Origin: a virus
Length of the DNA: 64,000 bases
IMG/VR virus record: IMGVR_UViG_3300034071_001262
Direction: 5' to 3' (one strand)
Part shown: piece by piece, positions 58,232 to 64,000 of the stretch
Position numbering within the stretch: position 1 is the stretch's first letter
How the letters are laid out: each line of letters begins with the position of its first letter
Translations under genes and position numbers: made by a program
Notes under the pieces: model-generated
Told to the model about the DNA's origin: nothing
The model's database searches: none
Seen by the model: the letters and a program-made list of their open reading frames with translations, nothing else

Positions 58232-58714
58232 ATGTTAGAAGTAAAAATTACAGAACAGATGAAAGAGCGAGCTTTTCAAAAGGCCAAAGATATGGGTAAA
58301 TTGGTTAATTCTATCACTAATGGTGATGGTAATTTGGCTGGATTTTTAGGAGAAGAAATAGCCAATTCTGTTATTAATGGCACGATTAATAATACTTATG
58401 ATTATGATATAATTAAAGAAGGAAAAAAATATGACGTAAAAACAAAAAGATGTACAAGTAAACCAAAAGAATATTACGAATGTTCGATAGCGGCATATAA
58501 TACTAAACAAAAATGTGACACATATGTATTCGTGCGAATAGAATACAAAAATAATAACTGGGGTAGGGCTTGGATTCTAGGATATTTTCCTAAAACAGAA
58601 TATTTTCAAAAGGCAAGATTTCTAAAACAGGGGGATATAGACCATAGTAATGGCTTTATTGTAAAAGCTAACTGTTATAATATGGCAATCAAGGATCTTA
58701 AACAATATGGCTGA
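58232..58714 (+). CDS. conserved phage protein, possible restriction-endonuclease-like fold
   Basis: GFLGEE, YDYD, YDVKTK. Confidence 0.6.
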   Translation: MLEVKITEQMKERAFQKAKDMGKLVNSITNGDGNLAGFLGEEIANSVINGTINNTYDYDIIKEGKKYDVKTKRCTSKPKEYYECSIAAYNTKQKCDTYVFVRIEYKNNNWGRAWILGYFPKTEYFQKARFLKQGDIDHSNGFIVKANCYNMAIKDLKQYG

Positions 58715-59615
58715 ATTACTCGACTTACATAAAGAATTTCATCTTGGTAATATGTTTACATATAACGTTGGAAAAAAATTAGCCAACTTATTATGTAATA
58801 AATTCAGAGTAATTCTAAAGTATGATAATGCAGAATTGCCAATATTTAATGATGATTTACTAAATATTGAAATAGCGACCTCAAGAGAAACACACTCTAT
58901 ACCTAATAATTTTTTTAGAGATGATGTTTACGCTATTTTTCAAAACTATTTTATGCTAGATAGATGGGAATATCCTATATATAATCCACTAGCATATCCA
59001 ATGCCAATAGGAACATTTGTCGATTTTGATCAGTTGAAATCTATAGAAATCAAACCGATTCCAGAAAGGAAATATGATTTTTCTTTTGTGGGGCAAATAC
59101 CACACACTGGTACTAGAGATTCTTTTAAAAGAAATATAGAACAATTAATATTAAAAACTGGCAAGAAGTTTAAATATGTATTAGAATTTACTAATGGTTT
59201 TAATAATGGACTATCACATACAGAATATGTTGAGCTATTAAACGACTCAAAAATAGCATTGTGTCCACCCGGCGCTTATAGCTTAGAAACATTTAGATTT
59301 TTTGAATGCATTAAAATGGGCGCAATTCCAATGGTTGAAAGATTGCCCAAGCTGTGGTATTATGAGAATGCACCATTCTTCAAGTGTAGGTGGCACGAAT
59401 TAGATTTTTATTTATCAACATCTTTGAATTATCTAAATAGCACTATATCCAGAAACACATTTGAAAAATTAGCTATATATAATATGAACATACTAGATGA
59501 GCAACAACTCGCACTACATTTATATAAAGTATTACAAAATAGAAATAATATAGATAAAACAATTATACAATCAGAAATACAAAAAATAAGAAGAGAGCTA
59601 GAACAATATGTCTAA
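58707..59615 (+). CDS. exostosin/GT47-like glycosyltransferase
   Basis: YDFSFVG, SKIALCPPG..LETFRFFE....GAIP. Confidence 0.75.
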   Translation: MAELLDLHKEFHLGNMFTYNVGKKLANLLCNKFRVILKYDNAELPIFNDDLLNIEIATSRETHSIPNNFFRDDVYAIFQNYFMLDRWEYPIYNPLAYPMPIGTFVDFDQLKSIEIKPIPERKYDFSFVGQIPHTGTRDSFKRNIEQLILKTGKKFKYVLEFTNGFNNGLSHTEYVELLNDSKIALCPPGAYSLETFRFFECIKMGAIPMVERLPKLWYYENAPFFKCRWHELDFYLSTSLNYLNSTISRNTFEKLAIYNMNILDEQQLALHLYKVLQNRNNIDKTIIQSEIQKIRRELEQYV

Positions 59616-61203
59616 TATTGCATTAAATTGTAAAACACATTTTAGTTTACTAAATGGCTTATCACAATGTGACGACTTAGCAAAGAGATGTAATGAGTAT
59701 GGATATGATGGCTGTGTTATAGCAGATAAAAAAACCATATCTGGAGCAATAGAGTTTCATCAAGCCTGTAAAAAAAACAACATTAAACCAATTATAGGAT
59801 GTGATTTTGGCGAATTTATATTGATTGCAAAAAATAAATCTGGATGGTTTGAACTAATGAGAATAGTTTCAGATATTGATCATATCATGCTAGAGGATAT
59901 TGCTAAAACCAACAATATATTATGTATGTCTAACGATCTAAATATAGAAAAAATTTTTCTAGACAATTTTATTCAATGTAATATAAAGCAATATGCTATC
60001 TACTATGTAGATCAAAAGGACGTAGAGTGTCATCGTATTTTGTTATGTGCGGATCAGAAAACAACATTGCCAAATATAAAGAAAAAGATCAGAAACAATG
60101 AAGAATTTGAGCATATGGAATTTTTTACTAGAAATGATTTCTACTTAACTATTCCGCCAAGTGATACTATTTATCAATCAATTTCTGATAAGTTAAACAT
60201 ATTATGCGAGTCATATGATATAACAGAAAAACCACGACTACCAAAATTTCAATGCCCAAATGATATTAATGAAAATGATTATTTGAGGCAGTTATGTAGA
60301 ATTGGGTGGATGGATAGATTAATCAAAACTGGTAAAATATTGAATGAAGATAAAAAGACGGAATATACTAATAGAATAAAACATGAACTGGATGTAATAC
60401 TAAATGCAAATCTCGCCGGATATTTTCTAATTGTGCAAGATATAGTCAATGAAGTCAAGCGTAGAGGATGGTTAGCTGGTCCCGGTAGAGGTTCAGCCGC
60501 AGGGTGTCTGGTATCGTTTCTAGTAGGAATTACAGATGTGGACCCAATCCAACATGGTCTACTTTTTGAAAGATTCTACAACGAAGGTAGAAACACTAAA
60601 GACCACATCTCGTTACCAGATATTGATGTCGATGTACCAGCTGAATATAGAGATAACATTATTGACTATATCAAAACAAAATATGGACATGAAAATGTAT
60701 CTCAAATGATTACATTCGGTAGACTACAAGGTAGAGCAGCATTAAAAGAGGTTTTAAGGATTAATGATGCCGTGTCATTTGCTGAAATGAATGAGATAAC
60801 TAAAAGAATACCAAACGAGGCAGAAATCTCTGATCAGCTAGAATTAATGGGTGAAAAATCTATCATTAATTGGGCATTAGATAATGACGCTGAATCATTA
60901 AAGAATTGGTGCTATAAAAACGAAAATGGCACATTAGAAGGACCGCTAGCAGATATATTTAAACAGGCAATCGACATTGAGGGTACTAATAAGTCGCAAG
61001 GCAAACATGCGGCTGGAGTATTAATCTCTCAACAAAAACTTCTAGATATATGTCCAATGGTTAAAGACAAAAACGATCAAATGATAGCCGCATTTGAAAT
61101 GAACGATTTAGAAAGCCAAGGACATATCAAGTTCGATATTCTTGGAATTGATTTATTAAGTAAGATCATGGAGATTATTGGAGACGAAAATGACAATAAC
61201 TAA
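59608..61203 (+). CDS. dnaE: DNA polymerase III alpha, N-terminal half (degenerate PHP + palm/thumb)
   Basis: GPGRGSAAG, LLFERF, PDIDVD, GKHAAGV, KFDILG. Confidence 0.93.
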   Translation: MSNIALNCKTHFSLLNGLSQCDDLAKRCNEYGYDGCVIADKKTISGAIEFHQACKKNNIKPIIGCDFGEFILIAKNKSGWFELMRIVSDIDHIMLEDIAKTNNILCMSNDLNIEKIFLDNFIQCNIKQYAIYYVDQKDVECHRILLCADQKTTLPNIKKKIRNNEEFEHMEFFTRNDFYLTIPPSDTIYQSISDKLNILCESYDITEKPRLPKFQCPNDINENDYLRQLCRIGWMDRLIKTGKILNEDKKTEYTNRIKHELDVILNANLAGYFLIVQDIVNEVKRRGWLAGPGRGSAAGCLVSFLVGITDVDPIQHGLLFERFYNEGRNTKDHISLPDIDVDVPAEYRDNIIDYIKTKYGHENVSQMITFGRLQGRAALKEVLRINDAVSFAEMNEITKRIPNEAEISDQLELMGEKSIINWALDNDAESLKNWCYKNENGTLEGPLADIFKQAIDIEGTNKSQGKHAAGVLISQQKLLDICPMVKDKNDQMIAAFEMNDLESQGHIKFDILGIDLLSKIMEIIGDENDNN

Positions 61204-61426
61204 GCAAGATATTAAAGCTGTTGTTTTTGCTGGATGCGCTGTAGATTGTGGTGGTGTGTCTATATGTAACATAGAAAATCATCTCAAGAACAAATTGATA
61301 TCCAGAGCAGCAAAGTACCAAGTTTGGTCAGATAAGCATCATTGTTATAATATGTATCATAATATTGATGAAGCTGTAGATAAATTTTTTGCATTAACCA
61401 GAGGAAAACTGAATGGCAAATCATAG
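61190..61426 (+). CDS. hypothetical protein
   Basis: GGAG RBS; between the dnaE halves. Confidence 0.65.
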   Translation: MTITKQDIKAVVFAGCAVDCGGVSICNIENHLKNKLISRAAKYQVWSDKHHCYNMYHNIDEAVDKFFALTRGKLNGKS

Positions 61427-62102
61427 AGATTATATTGTGTTCGACTTTGAAACTGGTGGCGCTGATCCAAATACATGTCAACCCACACAGATAGCCGCAG
61501 TAGCCATACATGCGAAGAAGTTGGAACTACAACCAAATGGAGTCTTTAATAGTGAAATTAGACCAATAATTGACGATGAAGAAGCTATTAAAGCTGGAGT
61601 AGGACCGCTTGAGGATAAGGCATTAGAGATTACCAGAAAAAATAGAGACACTTTAGCCAAAGCACCGCTACCAAAAGTTGTATGGAAAAAATTTGCAGAA
61701 TTCTGTAATCAATACAATTTTAAGAAAACATCATATACCGCACCAGTAGCTGTTGGCTATAATATCATTGGATATGATATGGTTATCGTAGATCGCTTAT
61801 GTAAACAATATGGACCATTTGATAAAATCAAAAATGAGCAAAAGATCTTTAATCCAATATTCAAGATAGATCTAATGAATCATATATATTGCTGGTTTGA
61901 AAATAATCACGATGTAAAAGGTTATAACATGGATTATTTAAGAGATTATTTCGGAATATCTTCAGAAAATTCACATGACGCCTTACAAGACGTTAAAGAT
62001 ACAGCAAATATACTGATAAAATTTCTAAAGCTACAGCGTAATCTATTAAAGAAAATCAAGTTTGAAAAAGCCTTTGCAAATAGCGAACTCTATATACAAT
62101 AG
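61413..62102 (+). CDS. DEDDh 3'-5' exonuclease (DnaQ/epsilon-like)
   Basis: FDFETGG, GYNIIGYD, HDALQD. Confidence 0.9.
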   Translation: MANHRDYIVFDFETGGADPNTCQPTQIAAVAIHAKKLELQPNGVFNSEIRPIIDDEEAIKAGVGPLEDKALEITRKNRDTLAKAPLPKVVWKKFAEFCNQYNFKKTSYTAPVAVGYNIIGYDMVIVDRLCKQYGPFDKIKNEQKIFNPIFKIDLMNHIYCWFENNHDVKGYNMDYLRDYFGISSENSHDALQDVKDTANILIKFLKLQRNLLKKIKFEKAFANSELYIQ

Positions 62103-62111
62103 ACAATTAAC

Positions 62112-63659
62112 ATGAAAACATTTAACATAAATGATTTTGATGACGACGAGGTTTGGGATTTGATTTGTACTGGAAAAACCAAAGGAGTTTTTCAATTAGA
62201 ATCTAATCTTGGACGACATTGGGCTAAACAGCTAAAACCTAGAAACCTATCAGAACTTGCAGCTTTGATTAGTTTAATTAGACCGGGATGTCTAAAGGCG
62301 TATGTAGATGGCAAATCTATGACGCAACATTATATTGATAGAAAACATGCCAAAGACCCAGTAACATATCCTCATGACTCATTGGAGTCAATTTTAAGTG
62401 AGACATATGGTGTATTGGTATATCAAGAACAATCCATGATGATTGCACAAAAACTAGCAGGATTTTCACTAAAAGAAGCGGATTCACTGCGTAAAGCGAT
62501 TGGCAAGAAAAATGCAGCACTCATGAATGAAGTCAAAGAACAATTTATTCAAGGATCAGAAAAACTAAATATAGTCACGAAAGAGTCAGCAGAAGAAATT
62601 TTCTCTTGGATAGAAAAATCTAATAGATATGCATTTAATAAATCACATGCAGTCTCCTATGCTATCAATGCGTATTGGAGTGCGTATTGTAAAAAATGGA
62701 AACCACTAAGCTTCTATAAAACTTACCTAAATCATGCACATAGAAAGCCAGACTCACAAAAAGAAATAAAGGAATTAATCACTGATGCAAAATCAAACGA
62801 TATAGATGTATATCCACCAAGGCTAGATAATCTATATACAGATTTCACAATCAAGAATGGTAAGATATTTTTTGGCTTAAATCATATTAAAAATGTTGGA
62901 GAAGCAGAGTGCAAAAAAATCCAAGAAATCAAATATAATCATGATATAACTAGATATACATGGCTAGATTGTTTGATAAATATTATTCATAGATACAACC
63001 TTAATAAGAGATCCGTTATAGCTTTAATATCTGCTGGAGCATTTAATGGTAAATATAATCTAGAACATAGAAAAAAGATGTTATATGAATATGATAGTTG
63101 GAAATTACTTTCTAATAGAGAGCAAGATCATATAGCTAATAATTATGCTGGTAAAAAATCACTACATGACTGTATAATAGACTTATTATCAACACTAAAA
63201 ATAGTACAAAGTAGACAGCAAATCGTATTAGATATTAGTAATTCACTGAAAAATCCAATGTACAACTTGGAAGATTCAATCGTAACTATAGCCGAAGAAG
63301 AATCGAAATATTTTGGATGTTCTTTAACATGCAATAAGACAGATGCTTCTGACCAATTTCTTGCTGCTAATATGTGCAAAGATATATCCAATGGCTTGAT
63401 AACAGGTAAGGCAAATATAGTAGTGAGTATTAACTCTGTTCGTCAATACAAAACAAAAAAGGGTAAAAATCCCGGTCAGATAATGGCTTTTTTGTGTGCT
63501 GAAGACAGTAGTGGAATGCTAGACTCTATTACCATTTTTCCAGAGACTTATTCAGAATATAAAGATTTATTGACAGAAGGCAATACAGTATATATTAATG
63601 GAGAAATCTCTAAAAAGGAAAACACATCATTAATTGTAAATAAAGTTACACAAGTTTGA
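62112..63659 (+). CDS. dnaE: DNA polymerase III alpha, C-terminal half (fingers, HhH, OB)
   Basis: GKTKGVFQLES, LIRPG, TYGVLVYQEQ, LRKAIGKK, YAFNKSHA, OB fold MAFL..ED. Confidence 0.93.
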   Translation: MKTFNINDFDDDEVWDLICTGKTKGVFQLESNLGRHWAKQLKPRNLSELAALISLIRPGCLKAYVDGKSMTQHYIDRKHAKDPVTYPHDSLESILSETYGVLVYQEQSMMIAQKLAGFSLKEADSLRKAIGKKNAALMNEVKEQFIQGSEKLNIVTKESAEEIFSWIEKSNRYAFNKSHAVSYAINAYWSAYCKKWKPLSFYKTYLNHAHRKPDSQKEIKELITDAKSNDIDVYPPRLDNLYTDFTIKNGKIFFGLNHIKNVGEAECKKIQEIKYNHDITRYTWLDCLINIIHRYNLNKRSVIALISAGAFNGKYNLEHRKKMLYEYDSWKLLSNREQDHIANNYAGKKSLHDCIIDLLSTLKIVQSRQQIVLDISNSLKNPMYNLEDSIVTIAEEESKYFGCSLTCNKTDASDQFLAANMCKDISNGLITGKANIVVSINSVRQYKTKKGKNPGQIMAFLCAEDSSGMLDSITIFPETYSEYKDLLTEGNTVYINGEISKKENTSLIVNKVTQV

Positions 63660-63673
63660 GGATTATAGATCAT

Positions 63674-63970
63674 ATGAATAAGTGTCATTTTCTTGGTAGG
63701 TTTGTAGATACGCCACAATTGCAAACAAATGATTTTGCAAAATTCACTAGATTTCTTCTAGAAATAGAAGAATATAGAAAAGATAAAGATGGAAACAAGC
63801 GTAAAAGAAAAGATATATTAGAATTTGAAGCATGGGATAGTGCTGCAATAGCGATTACCACTCAATCAATGGCTAATGACTATATAGTAGTAGAGGCCGT
63901 AGCTAGAAAAGAAAATAATAATACTGTTTTTAGAATCACAACATTTAAAATATTTGTAAATCAAAATTGA
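63674..63970 (+). CDS. second SSB-like OB-fold protein
   Basis: MNKCHFLGRFVDTPQL...FEAWD..A. Confidence 0.7.
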   Translation: MNKCHFLGRFVDTPQLQTNDFAKFTRFLLEIEEYRKDKDGNKRKRKDILEFEAWDSAAIAITTQSMANDYIVVEAVARKENNNTVFRITTFKIFVNQN

Positions 63971-63971
63971 T

Positions 63972-64000
63972 ATGAAAAAGAAAGTTTTATTCTTATCAGA
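63972..64000 (+). CDS. start of an ORF truncated by the window edge (MKKKVLFLS)
   Basis: ATG just after the previous stop. Confidence 0.4.

Overview
A 64-kb segment of a large, AT-rich dsDNA bacteriophage (jumbo/T4-like gene repertoire), almost entirely encoded on the + strand. The host is most likely a planctomycete, inferred from three Tat-signal DUF1501 genes and one DUF1559 prepilin-like gene, families strongly expanded in Planctomycetota. Order of contents: (1) a GC-richer early-type region (1-~1970) with a DUF932-like gene and paired palindromes; (2) a mostly non-coding stretch with four fixed-spacing bipartite repeats (2082-2582) and an AT-rich divergent intergenic region; (3) accessory genes (deaminase, ASCH, HNH, trypsin-like protease, phosphoesterases, DUF1559, glycosyltransferases); (4) five tRNAs split by an HNH gene, including an unusual tRNA-Ser(ACT) and a short-variable-arm tRNA-Leu(TAA); (5) rIIA/rIIB, guaC, a DUF1501 pair, dCMP deaminase, thyX, a complete tmRNA, endonuclease VII-like and SSB; (6) a Thr-rich protein and a glycosylation/sulfation island with the third DUF1501; (7) a papain-like protease with a holin-like membrane cassette; (8) a small sigma factor, class II RNR, dUTPase and PhoH; (9) the replication module: RecA, DnaB, primase, dNMP kinase, a PD-(D/E)XK nuclease, and a DnaE split into two genes without inteins, with a DEDDh exonuclease gene between the halves. 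All calls come from motif recognition by eye; no searches were run. Where the ORF track's start looked too long, I moved it to the ATG with a plausible RBS.
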